A stretch of 64,000 nt of DNA from a virus (lineage: Duplodnaviria; Caudoviricetes). This document shows, piece by piece, positions 29,601-37,534 of this stretch. The DNA lies in the IMG/VR virus record IMGVR_UViG_3300044655_001017; one strand, 5' to 3'. Within the stretch, counting starts at the first letter, position 1. Every line of letters begins with the position of its first letter. A program made the position numbers and the translations under genes. The notes under the pieces were generated by a model that was not told the DNA's origin, made no database searches, and worked only from the letters and a program-made list of their open reading frames with translations.

Positions 29601-30486
29601 TTTCATTAACGCTAGCTATAGACCTTGATAATGCATAAGTTGGGTTAGACACCCCTGCAGCAAATTCACTATATGCAATCGGAGGTGAAATATCAACATA
29701 ACTACCTGATGCATAATACGCGCTAACAACACTATGAATTACACCAGTTACATTTGCTCCGGCGTTTATGTAATAAATTGTAAAAACAATAGTAGCAGTG
29801 TCATTATCTTTTCTAGCTACAATTTGATATATATTAGCCGACGGCGTATCTGATTTAGTTTTCTTAAATACAATTTGATCATCTGCAGTTAATGATTTAA
29901 AACCAACTGACGATCCTGTTGATTTAGTCGAAGTAGTTGATGCATATTTAAAACTAACTACTCCTAATCCAGATAATAATGAACTCCATGCAACTGATTT
30001 TGTATTAGTTGCAGTATTAACACTCGACGCACTAAATTCAATGGAACTACCGGTATTAAAATAATAACGCATTTGTTCCGCGTCATCAAACTGTACAGTT
30101 ACTGTGTGAGTAGTTGTATTGTTCCATGTGTTAGACGGTGTTTCTTCGTTTGCTAACTCAACCCTAGTTGCTTGTGTTGAATGAGGCGGCACTAATTTTG
30201 ATGCCTCAACTTGAGTCATTACTGTTAAAAATTGTGACCACTGTCCTGCAGTAATGGTAGTTCCTATTACAGAAATAGGAAGTGTTGCAGGTATACCAAC
30301 TTGGTGATATTTAGCAGCTAGTATATCGTTACGTAATTCTGTAAAATCAGGTATTTGTGCCGGAACAGTAGTGGCTAACTGAGAACTTTCTAATAGTTGT
30401 CCGTATCCAAACTCGTTTGCCCCAACACCTAGAATTTTTGAAATTCTAGCTTGGAGTGCATTATAATCACTTGTTAAAATTGCCAT
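20662..30486 (-). CDS. Giant (3274 aa) tail fibre / adhesin-like virion protein
   Basis: N-terminal virion attachment-like domain, about 11 Ig/Calx-beta-like repeats of roughly 115 aa, Pro/Thr linker, Gly-rich block and two FN3-like domains; last gene of the tail module. Confidence 0.75.
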   Translation of the reverse strand: MAILTSDYNALQARISKILGVGANEFGYGQLLESSQLATTVPAQIPDFTELRNDILAAKYHQVGIPATLPISVIGTTITAGQWSQFLTVMTQVEASKLVPPHSTQATRVELANEETPSNTWNNTTTHTVTVQFDDAEQMRYYFNTGSSIEFSASSVNTATNTKSVAWSSLLSGLGVVSFKYASTTSTKSTGSSVGFKSLTADDQIVFKKTKSDTPSANIYQIVARKDNDTATIVFTIYYINAGANVTGVIHSVVSAYYASGSYVDISPPIAYSEFAAGVSNPTYALSRSIASVNETNLNVVFTVTTTNFSDGLLYFTVFGTSISKSDFDPTSDLVLNTLYGTVDIVGNTGTFTLIPAADLFTEGKEQFQVQLRIDNDPKSPVLAQLSSLEIITDTSLTPPAPTYSILPLSTTAVTEGQTILYRIVTKNVKDGTDLYWSTKVLTPSLQANDFLDNRLNGVITVYGNLTELYRTIYEDTLSETTAESYQIVLSVVNLDTGISKTVQTSELVKITDKVSIEPDVPYVVLADDNSIPEDSTTKVTFTINTPKLPVNTKLYWKTVKDNGVLTATDFTDGTLTGSVVIKNNVGIVVRKAKKDLLTEGNETFHLSVYSDVGMTKWLVDSDPITIDETVTYQLLRTPATMAESTTSGALGAGVMFDLTTPWLTNGTILYWTTVSRQGVVIASDFTDNAIDGTVVINANKGSILRRAATDLLVEGIEQFHLEIRASEGTSGPILVSSQLTSITETVAYEILPTTSYIVENQPGVNFEVKTPFLANGTLLYWQTVVDTGSITASDFTDNRLSGTVEINGNMGTIPRVAILDALTEGKESFHLILKTGSAISTKVATSSIVTIGEDVGFTINASTPSFTEGSTAITFSFTTPSLPDNTKIFWTTLRHAGNITADDFIVSDAQGGAAQRLDGYALTTKNKGSFIISARRDNVTEEPETFKIQLRIDSKLGAVQKESELITLNEIIPYTISPSVVSANEGDTVQFNVTTPWISDQEKLQLNWTTFSTLGTINTTDHPDFTDSTSGSVTVNGNSAKIFRTINKDTFTESGIKNFGLKLWSTSGTLLATSTVVTMVDTSQTIVVPEPEPPTYDVVPRKTKIIEGESVIFDVLTDNVLPATPLYWSTVRSNNCELLQTQSSSPVYITYDNPGTASKLGRTTITVTASANNNRIDADRMFLLVLRTGSVNGTEVATSAMPVSLVDATPYLIKANNSSITEGSSTGVRFDISTPDASFGTTMTYTIVPEANSTITSDDFVGLSSLTNPVTIDQYGLGNFTLLAAANSPKEVDESFRIELRPQGSQTPVTLGLPSPIVKITELAVYTLTSTTPNNSVMEGNTATFVFSTPKLLQDITYSYRLIGVGANGSTLDGSDFSPASLTGSFIVTKEASSYNLSISTTVGSLIAPEGSEQFQVEIYQSNVLIILTGGSPTITITEDTPYKIKETAREVTAGNVIVFEVTSPKLDINTQLLCEIVSTVPGAITASDFGEGSMTLNVNLITGYAGTLTLTTVNPNPAKGSRPFTVRLYNLAQSSYVSSGTVTIKDAPVTTTPGGPVTPTPGGPVTTTPGGPTTPNYKYWYLTAKYSKVILGDPMEFTLTTDGPTASDRVIDWVIVPWKNIAGTGTPVLPPQLVLTGSITLPANQAKLDFSVATPSLSAIWIGFAVLLELRIGGALLTYEINHSNTYTYVELYYLKNIDIYLDTGNTLIHSPAGKNAPDLVYKVFVPYYYPFTTIEIFADPDAYTPTPAPFTVERIVSVPDPTALSQAPATGKISDVRTVTGNQLLNQPHTLNYSLPQSTNLRFGSTGLKPTFTLVAPDSYVITANFLTIDETPTKNTVRFTVTTPTSVPAGTLISWTLIGVDYKRLGLQTNSGSKTKDPSNNTWFDFTAVANQLDDTVTEFYISVDATEPGKVLTNQGSSPKVKLEDTSKKLKHTVDITGYFNGNGVGSIAGITMPASASAVVNKETGTLRITAAVSPAFTGEQFKCSIVNASHTFIFGALNQGSTNSKIVTTSSTSTLEITYTSAYRQEIKNSEQFQVQFTSVTEPTCTITSKILEFIVPNAPPIAIVYAPTMKIVKPTVNYNEVSTLSISGGKPEDQGSILSTGAPVKDMGVDYAVGQGFKLDVNGNYTANISTWKTGGIKTFTASFNSKTPSCSAILTVNEPPKPQIIASIKEQPFTLKVTDTTVYKVVAQFDPVDRILPITITVETTNPLIRRSLGANETTGVLTTKDTTFLSSNTYQVFANLQASPVVGLTGYLAFTIKFTTNNPYTNASLFVSSADITLEVATIYNQSIVIDPASRGSNGTSNVMITGGKAGSQVLISIVGTGTFTSNSSWHKANLDSTGKLTIEYKDSNPGAGVGTFTAKFEDGNTRTATLTITDVIKTVTKHYGVSGVIVFRDGVKVKSVVVSGAAGSMGYSRNPTPGDSISGTSTALTSATSLSVVVGQLGTPAESVRYAPGIAVNNVLGIGGSGGKSGASESGGGGAGGGASAIFIGTSFVGTPVCVGAGGGGGGSYSTESGGAGGNASATNQSSSYSAISNGVTGSDGSGKGGAGGGGGGAPGGAAGTLGNTSKDGATGGKGGTSYVPTGFRFAGSNPDDGMVSITFEYVESQYGDNIGSWTPWTGRTISPGTVHEYSGTLTLNLAYDTNRTKVIASITANITSDDISAQRTYYYVYGTKATKTAAQSAPNPIDIAFSTDCQGFLTLTYADGQKLTVSTEKSNLPAVQSVAGAPSAVSVSRIQNTSMLVHWRKTTSPIGGSADRYTVSAQYATSTPINGTDTIYTTTDASGDLYTTTLSGLTQHTLYTITVTAINVSGSNSAQTTATTAFTLLPQDYTGEFNITSTRQGTTNFVTISISDNIVSANIDGRSFLASYVTGYVGGEAAPQYNVQKYDTLAGNTPITSFVMPAGVIGSATLTLHFRDDRTLPITRSFGIQELIQQPPASPGKPTSLLISAISPSSLAIQWRAPTSGGAVASYETNIDVNPNYPTIISENNGLFIRAYNNLQQYVNYTVTVIARNATGYATESTSGRTAVDEALRVITGSFTTTSNTKNGSNTVFVVSDTTTSQLEIISKTAVYTYSTGGTGVTVGVSPQITLPIQTGTGTGTIPYGIIGSAILTITFVDGKTATKTTAIGLADPNAGIVIIGPVQGGGNTGPITGPVLLPSLPAIPSRELTGGISNVVNNDWSTISVTDNITSATNNIHKKVYEATYELVDPNDYSFSTVGESSSTSTLSIPDNAFRGKAFVNVYFKDAPLVVGKTYSKDFNL
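25766..25837. repeat. 3 x 24-bp tandem repeat encoding a PGGPVT(T/P)T linker
   Basis: GGACCACCTGG(G/A)GTAG(T/G)TGTAACT three times: 25766, 25790, 25814. Confidence 0.9.
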
Positions 30487-30500
30487 TTATTTCTTGCTCC

Positions 30501-32015
30501 TTACAGCACTAATGCTTCAACTATTTTAATATCTTCAAACTCGCTAGAATCTAATGCAACTGCAAATACAAAACTTGAATCATCTGCATTTGTATAACTT
30601 CTTGCTACACCACTATCAGTAGAAATTAATCGATCACCTTTTGTTACTTTTCCAACTACTTTTACCGGTACGCGTCCTTTTAATGCAATTGCAATGCCGC
30701 CTTCTAGGCTAGCATTCATTAAGTACGCAGGATCTTGTGATACGGTACCAATTGCACGATGTCCTGATGTTGCAGCAGTAACTTCGTTATCACCGCCGAT
30801 CATCATTACAGTTCCCACGTCATATACTGCATCGGCTAAGTATTTTTCTGCAATATCACCATTTCCTAAAAATGCATTACCAATAAAGTATGTTGCAGTA
30901 ATTGACCCTGCGGTACATTGGATTCCACCAAATTCGATAATATCATTTGTTCTTACTACTACAGTATCCGGATCTGCTGCTGCACTAGCTAATTTTGCAA
31001 CGCCGTCGAGTGTTACTCCATCGGCACTAGTTGCATTACCTTCAAATGTAGTTGCATATACTGTATTAAATTTTTCAGTAGGTGAACCAATATTTGAATT
31101 ATTCGCATTACCAGGTATAATATTTTGACCAACTAATTTCATTGGATATTTTGTTAATGTTAATTCAGTTGTTTTAAATGTAATTGTACTGTTGCTTTGA
31201 TTGTAAAATGTAGGTGTAGATCCATCGATTGATATAAGTAATCTTTCATTTGGAGCAGCACCGATTGATAATCCAGTATCTGCAAAATTTGCAAGATTTG
31301 GAAAAATTGGTAAAGTTTTGTTAATGTACTCGCTAGATTCAAACCCATCTAATCTTTGAGAATCAGATGCAGTTCCCCAAAACTGATACGTATCCGATGT
31401 AAATAATGTTGAATTAATTCCTTTAATAGTAATACCGGGATAAATGGTTAAGAAACCAACTGAAGTTAAATCCTCTGTAGGATCTAAAGTAAATTCAGCT
31501 GACGCGCTGCTAATTACAAACGTAGTAACATTGTCAATCATTGCTTCTATAACTTCGTAAGATTCACCGTCATCTGCTAATACTGTACTAGATTTCATTG
31601 CAGTTGAAATACCAATAAGTTTCCCACCAATTAATACATTTTCAGTTGCACTTTTACACCATAGTTGTTCATTAGTAGTATTCCAAAATAAATCACCAGT
31701 TTCTAAATCGTTAATCTTAGTAACACTATTATTTACAACTACCTCAACTACTCCAAGTGTACGCCATTTTCCAGTACCGTTGTTAAGTTTTAATTTTTGT
31801 TCAGAAGTATCATACCATAGTTGGCCAACGATTGCTTTTGGTGGAGCAGTTTGACTTGCAAAATTCTCAAGCAACCATGTGTAATTTTCGTTTTGAGCTT
31901 CGCCATAACCGGCATAATTTTTGCCAATTAATTTAAGATCAAGAGTAGTATTGATTGTGCCATCATCTACTACTGCTGCTTGATCACCGTTGTATTTGTT
32001 AATGATGTATGCCAT
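30501..32015 (-). CDS. Tail fibre/structural protein with a C-terminal chaperone-like (peptidase G2-like) domain
   Basis: N-terminal LIGKNYAGYG...ENF...GQLWYD module; C-terminal GDIAEKY...GRVPVKV...GDRL pattern. Confidence 0.65.
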   Translation of the reverse strand: MAYIINKYNGDQAAVVDDGTINTTLDLKLIGKNYAGYGEAQNENYTWLLENFASQTAPPKAIVGQLWYDTSEQKLKLNNGTGKWRTLGVVEVVVNNSVTKINDLETGDLFWNTTNEQLWCKSATENVLIGGKLIGISTAMKSSTVLADDGESYEVIEAMIDNVTTFVISSASAEFTLDPTEDLTSVGFLTIYPGITIKGINSTLFTSDTYQFWGTASDSQRLDGFESSEYINKTLPIFPNLANFADTGLSIGAAPNERLLISIDGSTPTFYNQSNSTITFKTTELTLTKYPMKLVGQNIIPGNANNSNIGSPTEKFNTVYATTFEGNATSADGVTLDGVAKLASAAADPDTVVVRTNDIIEFGGIQCTAGSITATYFIGNAFLGNGDIAEKYLADAVYDVGTVMMIGGDNEVTAATSGHRAIGTVSQDPAYLMNASLEGGIAIALKGRVPVKVVGKVTKGDRLISTDSGVARSYTNADDSSFVFAVALDSSEFEDIKIVEALVL

Positions 32016-32039
32016 CTTGTAGGATTCCTTATTTTATTA

Positions 32040-32047
32040 TATTTAGT
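32040..32047 (-). promoter_or_regulatory. Putative late promoter (ACTAAATA)
   Basis: Intergenic TAAATA core about 25 nt before the start at 32015. Confidence 0.35.
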
Positions 32048-32062
32048 TGTATTTGTTATAAA

Positions 32063-32947
32063 TTAGCTTGGAATTTGCCATGTTCCACTTGTTAAGTAAA
32101 ACTGTCTAATAGTTATTTGGCTTTCAATTGGAGCAGTAGTGTCATTGCAAATCACCTTACATCTAGTAGTGCCGCCTGCAACATTATATTCAGATGGGGG
32201 GAATAATACATTAAGATAGTCTGTTATAATCTTTGCATTTTTATCTCCAGTAAATGCAGAAATGTCAACTGATACAACTAATGGTGCTAATTTTATACTG
32301 TTAATTAATGTACGTTTATTTACGGCATCTTGTAAACTTACCGGATCTGCAACATTTGTTATTATTGATGAGTTAATTAAATTTAAACCAACTTTAATTT
32401 GATCCGAAAAGCCAGATGCTAAGATATCAGAACCGGGAGTAAATTCTTCATTACTATAAATTGCAAACAGTACAGTATCAATTACTAATACCATTAGTGT
32501 TTTAGGTATATCATAAATGTCTAACACTTCAATAATGCTAAATCCAGTTACTGCAGGATCGTACGGCCCTGCTAAAATCGTTGCAACTCCGTCATTAAAA
32601 TACAATTGCTGACGTTTACTATCAATCCATATATCGCCTTGTGCAATTGACGACGGCACGATATCAGACACAATAGTACCACTAGTTAATTTAAACCCTG
32701 CAGTGCTGTCATATACTTTTACCCGTTTTTCAATTGTATCATACCACAACTGCCCTTCAACCGGATGCAACGGCTGTGATGTATTAGCAAAATTTTCTAA
32801 TAATCTAACTAAATTTTCATTAATATATTCACCGTATGCACTTGCACTTTTACCAATTAACGTTAAATCAGTTGCTACTTGATCAATATTTCCATCAGTA
32901 ATTTCAGTTAATACTGAACCATCTGTTTTGTTTATAATATAACTCAT
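32063..32947 (-). CDS. Tail/baseplate structural protein (same N-terminal module)
   Basis: LIGKSASAYGEYINENLVRLLENF...GQLWYD, paralogous to its neighbours. Confidence 0.65.
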   Translation of the reverse strand: MSYIINKTDGSVLTEITDGNIDQVATDLTLIGKSASAYGEYINENLVRLLENFANTSQPLHPVEGQLWYDTIEKRVKVYDSTAGFKLTSGTIVSDIVPSSIAQGDIWIDSKRQQLYFNDGVATILAGPYDPAVTGFSIIEVLDIYDIPKTLMVLVIDTVLFAIYSNEEFTPGSDILASGFSDQIKVGLNLINSSIITNVADPVSLQDAVNKRTLINSIKLAPLVVSVDISAFTGDKNAKIITDYLNVLFPPSEYNVAGGTTRCKVICNDTTAPIESQITIRQFYLTSGTWQIPS

Positions 32948-35166
32948 TGTAATACACCAGTAAAAATAATATAATTTATTGTTTGATATGGATTCATAAT
33001 TGAATTAGGATTTCCTGTGGCATTCTCTGTCACATTGCTTCCGTGTACGCCAACTACCGACGGTACACCAAACGATTCACTTCCTGAACCTGCACCTAAT
33101 GTAGTTGATGAATTATGATGAACTCGGAATGCTCGATCGCTGCCAGCAGTCCCAATACCATTTCGATTGCCGCCTGCATTTACTTCTAAGTTTGATGCAG
33201 TACGCACTGTTAAATCGTTATCCATGTCATCTCTGCCTAACGGAAACCGTCCTCGCAAATCAGGTAATGCAAATGTGCCGTCACCTACTAATCCTGTTTT
33301 ATTTCGATATGAGTACCCAATTATATTAAATAAATCTGGATACGATGCAATTTGAACTTCACAGCCGTCACATAACAAATAGCCAACAGGTGCATATATA
33401 CCTGCATATGTTATAATTGACCCAATTGGCACTACTGGTACAGATGCTAAAAATAGCTGCTTAGTAGTTCTTTGTAGACCAGTACTTGGGCGAAATGTTA
33501 AGATTTCATCAGTTACTAACGATTTAGTTGCTGCCGGTTTTGCTGAAATAAAATTAGGACTTACTGTAGTTTCAAGTGTTACATTTGCAGAACCATTAAA
33601 TGGGACAGCAGTAGCTGTTACATCACCTGATACTGTAAACAGTCTAGCAAATTGTAACGTATTTGCAGAACCGTATACATTACCGTCTACGTTGCCTGTG
33701 ATATCTCCGTTAATATCACCATAAATTGTTTGAGCATAGATGTCTCTAAATGGTAAACTTTCTGATCCAATATCATATAACGGCATTCCAATTTGTGTTT
33801 CCGAATATGATGGCAACATTACTGATCCACCGCTCTCTTTATAAAAGCTAACCGTATTGTTAAATTTAGCAGTATCGCCAAAATTTGACTTTTTAGTAAC
33901 TGCTAATCCGCCACTTGTTATAATACTGCCAGTTGTTAGTGATGTAGAATCAGATGTACCAGTAACCTTTAACGCACTATTAGTTAAAATATTTCCATTT
34001 ACATCTAATGCTTCAGTTGGTGACGAATTTCTAATCCCAACTGTTAAATCTGACTTAATAAACAGTCCAGACGAATATCCAGCATCAGCACTTTTAATTT
34101 GACCATATACTGTTACTGGTCCAGGATTAACTGCTATTACATAGCTAACTGAACTTGCACTAGCGCCAACTACTGTAAATGTTCCGTTATATGCAGTTGG
34201 AATAAATCTAGCAACACTAATCGATGTACCAATTGCAAATGGAGTTTTTGGTAACGTTGCAAATGTTAATGTTACAATAGTTGATGACCAAGATGCGCCG
34301 ACAGCTAAAATAGTATCTTCTGAATTAGTAAAATCAAAACTAATGTTTTTACCAGATCGTGCAGTTAAGCTAACTAAATTTGATACATCATCAACACTTA
34401 TTTTAAAACTAATATTAGTGCCAATACCAATTCCATCGTTTGATCGAATATTAATTGATTTACTAGTTGATGAAATTACATCTGATCTTAAAAAATTATT
34501 TGAACTAACTACACTTCCATTAATAACTAATCCATCTGCGCTTTCTGCAGTTCCCCAAAATTTAGTTAGATTAACCGATTGATTAGCAGTTGACAAATTA
34601 ATACCTTTATTAATCTGTTTAAACCCGCTAATGCTTAACTTCGGAGTAAATGCAGATTGACTAATAATAACAACTTGTTCATTTTGCGCATATATAGCTG
34701 CAACTGCATGGTCGTCACCTAAAATATCAGTAATAATCTCAACTACTGGACCTGATTTTAATCCACTACTAAACTGCGGACCAATTAAGTCCCAGTTTGA
34801 CCCCGAAAACATAAACAACTGTTTAGTATTTGGATTTACCCATAAATCGCCATTAACACTTTCTGTTAATGACGGTGGGGTTGATGCTTTTTTAATAGCA
34901 CCTGCCGGATTCCATATGGTTCCATTATAAATTTTAAGTGCATTAACTCCAGGAGTATTATCATACCATAACTGTCCTTCAACTGGATTTAATGGTGCAG
35001 AAATGTTTGCAAAATTTTCCATTAAATGTAGAAAGTTTTCGGCAATTATTTGACCATAACCTGCATAATTTTTTCCAACAAAACTCAACGATGTTGAGTT
35101 ATTAATAACCTGATCTGCAACAATTGTTTTTTGTTGGCCATCTGTATGATTAACAGGATATGACAT
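32944..35166 (-). CDS. Short tail fibre with a phage tail collar domain (gp12-like)
   Basis: Shared N-terminal module; C-terminal collar motif PIGSIITYAG...GYLLCDG...YPDLFNIIG...FALPDLRGRFPLG. Confidence 0.8.
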   Translation of the reverse strand: MSYPVNHTDGQQKTIVADQVINNSTSLSFVGKNYAGYGQIIAENFLHLMENFANISAPLNPVEGQLWYDNTPGVNALKIYNGTIWNPAGAIKKASTPPSLTESVNGDLWVNPNTKQLFMFSGSNWDLIGPQFSSGLKSGPVVEIITDILGDDHAVAAIYAQNEQVVIISQSAFTPKLSISGFKQINKGINLSTANQSVNLTKFWGTAESADGLVINGSVVSSNNFLRSDVISSTSKSINIRSNDGIGIGTNISFKISVDDVSNLVSLTARSGKNISFDFTNSEDTILAVGASWSSTIVTLTFATLPKTPFAIGTSISVARFIPTAYNGTFTVVGASASSVSYVIAVNPGPVTVYGQIKSADAGYSSGLFIKSDLTVGIRNSSPTEALDVNGNILTNSALKVTGTSDSTSLTTGSIITSGGLAVTKKSNFGDTAKFNNTVSFYKESGGSVMLPSYSETQIGMPLYDIGSESLPFRDIYAQTIYGDINGDITGNVDGNVYGSANTLQFARLFTVSGDVTATAVPFNGSANVTLETTVSPNFISAKPAATKSLVTDEILTFRPSTGLQRTTKQLFLASVPVVPIGSIITYAGIYAPVGYLLCDGCEVQIASYPDLFNIIGYSYRNKTGLVGDGTFALPDLRGRFPLGRDDMDNDLTVRTASNLEVNAGGNRNGIGTAGSDRAFRVHHNSSTTLGAGSGSESFGVPSVVGVHGSNVTENATGNPNSIMNPYQTINYIIFTGVLQ

Positions 35167-35777
35167 TATTGAACTCCTACTACACTAGTTAAACTTTGAA
35201 TTCGTACTGTATAGTCAATCTGAATTAATCGATTTAACGATTTTTGCACTGGGTGAAAAATAACATGAGTTAATAACATGTTATTGCCATCTGCACCGTA
35301 AGACTTTAATCCTAATTCATCAAAAATAAATGCGTTGTTAACTGTTGAAGAATTATCAAATGCAGATTGCCCTGCAGGTTCAGTATAATCTAACAAGCAA
35401 GTAACAAATACATCAGTATAATTGTGACCAGGCACATGTCGAGTTTCAATATAATTACGAGTTGGATCTAAATTGTTAATTGACGAATCATTAACAATCT
35501 TAGAAAATTGCTCGTTATATAAACTAGCATTTGAACCTGAGCTATTTGGCGTTAAATATGTAATAATTCCAGTATCATCAATGGATGTGCCCCCGTTACC
35601 AAAACTCATCTCATATATAAACCCATCTCCTCTGTTTGCAATCCCTCTTGCTAACGCAATACTAATATTTTCATAGTGAATTGCGTTACGTTTATTCACA
35701 TAAACTTCTTTACTAGCGGGATCAAAAATCTTAAGATGTCCTTCGATATGTATCCCTGTTAAATCTGTAGTCTGCAT
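35166..35777 (-). CDS. Virion structural protein
   Basis: 203 aa, beta-rich, coupled to the fibre gene, preceded by GATAAATA. Confidence 0.6.
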   Translation of the reverse strand: MQTTDLTGIHIEGHLKIFDPASKEVYVNKRNAIHYENISIALARGIANRGDGFIYEMSFGNGGTSIDDTGIITYLTPNSSGSNASLYNEQFSKIVNDSSINNLDPTRNYIETRHVPGHNYTDVFVTCLLDYTEPAGQSAFDNSSTVNNAFIFDELGLKSYGADGNNMLLTHVIFHPVQKSLNRLIQIDYTVRIQSLTSVVGVQ

Positions 35778-35797
35778 AATGTTCTCTCGTTATTCTA

Positions 35798-35805
35798 TAT
35801 TTATC
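35798..35805 (-). promoter_or_regulatory. Putative late promoter (GATAAATA)
   Basis: Intergenic, about 20 nt before the start at 35777. Confidence 0.5.
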
Positions 35806-35826
35806 ACGTGATAATAAGTGTTATGT

Positions 35827-37533
35827 TTATTTGTATACACGGATTTTAGCTCTAGGAAATACATTCCCAACAGTTGGTCTTACTTTAAAATTTCTTTTTG
35901 GGTATACTGAATTTACTAACGGGCGTTCTGGATATGCATACAAATATAAATTTGGTGCACCTTGTAAATCATGTGTATCCGAAGTACCTCCCGATGTACC
36001 TGTTATTTGATTTAGTCTAGCATAAGATTGAATATAGTGTAGTGCATCTGCTTGATTCATAGAAGGATACGCCTCTAATACACATGCTAACACTCCGCAT
36101 ACTTGCGGACTAGCCATAGATGTTCCAGAAATTTTTCCATTAAAATAATTACTATTTGTTGGGTCAGTTACAGCCCCATAATAATGGTTGTCATTGAATG
36201 AACTCATTATATTAGTTCCAGGTGCAAACACAGTAATTCGAGGTCCGGTGTTACTATACGATGCTTTATCTTCTACAGAATTTATGCCAACTGCACCTAC
36301 AGCAATCACATTTGATACAGCCGCAGGTGCCTGACCCCTATGTTGATACCAAAGATAATTAGTTTCGTCATATGTAGCATCAAACGTATTATTATAATCA
36401 AGGCCGTCATCGTTATCTATAAAGAACGAATCATTGCCTGCTGCAGCTACGATTATTATTCCGGCAGCGATTGCTTGTTCTATGTCAGCTGCAGTTGCTT
36501 CATTAAAGTATGGCACCGTTGCAGTTACTACTCCTGATTCTGTAGTGTTATAAATTCCAACAGAATTTAATTCAGCAGCGGTTAATGCTACAATATCGTC
36601 ACCAATTTCAGTGTTTCGATAACTAGCATACGTAATTGGTCCGGTTGTATAGCCTAAAGTATTTGGAAATTTTAAAGATGCTCCGTAACTGCAATTACAT
36701 ATAGTTGGGTTTTTAACACCAGTTGCGGGATTTACAGTTTTTGATAAATGAAATGCTATTATGTAATCCCACATAATTAACGAACTTAACGAATTTGGAT
36801 TAGTACTAGTATACGGGCTAATGTTATAAATGTTTGCATCGCGTGCCCACCCGTTTTCATTACCTGCTGCTACTCCGGCAACATGACATCCATGATTATT
36901 ATCCGATGCTGCGTCCGATCCAAACCCGGTTGAATATGGAGTATATGTATAAGTTCCAGATAACAAAGTTGCTGCATCATCGTCAACTGACGATACTAAT
37001 GAATTTAGCGTATACCAATCAAATTGATTAACTCTACTTCCGCCTGTGCCATTGGCATTTATACTAAATGTTGGATGTGATGGATTAACATGTCCGTCAA
37101 CAATAATAACATCAACATTCTTACCACTTAAACTGTAAGATGATGTACTTGTAATACTTGGAGTTCCTGGATTTCCCCACGGGCTTAATTGATTTCCATA
37201 CGTACACCGCTTTATACCCCAGTTATAGTGTGTTCCCCAATTAGTTGACGATTTGTCATAAGTTTGAGACGGTGTTGTCCAGTTAGGTGTAATTGAATTT
37301 AATATCATTTCAGCTAATGTAACACCTGCAACTCTTGGATCATTATTAATTAATTTTGCTTCTTCATGAGTTAGCATGTAATGTGTATTTCTACTAATTG
37401 GTCTTCTACGATATACTAGAACAGCACGTTCTGGTATATCAGTAGTTCCGCCTGTCGTCTCGAGATCGTGATAAAAATCATCAGAATCCTCTAACTTATG
37501 TAACGTAATGATATATTCATGAAGATCTTTCAT
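35827..37533 (-). CDS. Subtilisin-like (S8) serine protease
   Basis: Triad motifs VIIVDG (Asp), NHGCHVAG (His), SGTSMASP (Ser); oxyanion AAAGND; N-terminal prodomain-like segment. Confidence 0.9.
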   Translation of the reverse strand: MKDLHEYIITLHKLEDSDDFYHDLETTGGTTDIPERAVLVYRRRPISRNTHYMLTHEEAKLINNDPRVAGVTLAEMILNSITPNWTTPSQTYDKSSTNWGTHYNWGIKRCTYGNQLSPWGNPGTPSITSTSSYSLSGKNVDVIIVDGHVNPSHPTFSINANGTGGSRVNQFDWYTLNSLVSSVDDDAATLLSGTYTYTPYSTGFGSDAASDNNHGCHVAGVAAGNENGWARDANIYNISPYTSTNPNSLSSLIMWDYIIAFHLSKTVNPATGVKNPTICNCSYGASLKFPNTLGYTTGPITYASYRNTEIGDDIVALTAAELNSVGIYNTTESGVVTATVPYFNEATAADIEQAIAAGIIIVAAAGNDSFFIDNDDGLDYNNTFDATYDETNYLWYQHRGQAPAAVSNVIAVGAVGINSVEDKASYSNTGPRITVFAPGTNIMSSFNDNHYYGAVTDPTNSNYFNGKISGTSMASPQVCGVLACVLEAYPSMNQADALHYIQSYARLNQITGTSGGTSDTHDLQGAPNLYLYAYPERPLVNSVYPKRNFKVRPTVGNVFPRAKIRVYK

Positions 37534-37534
37534 T

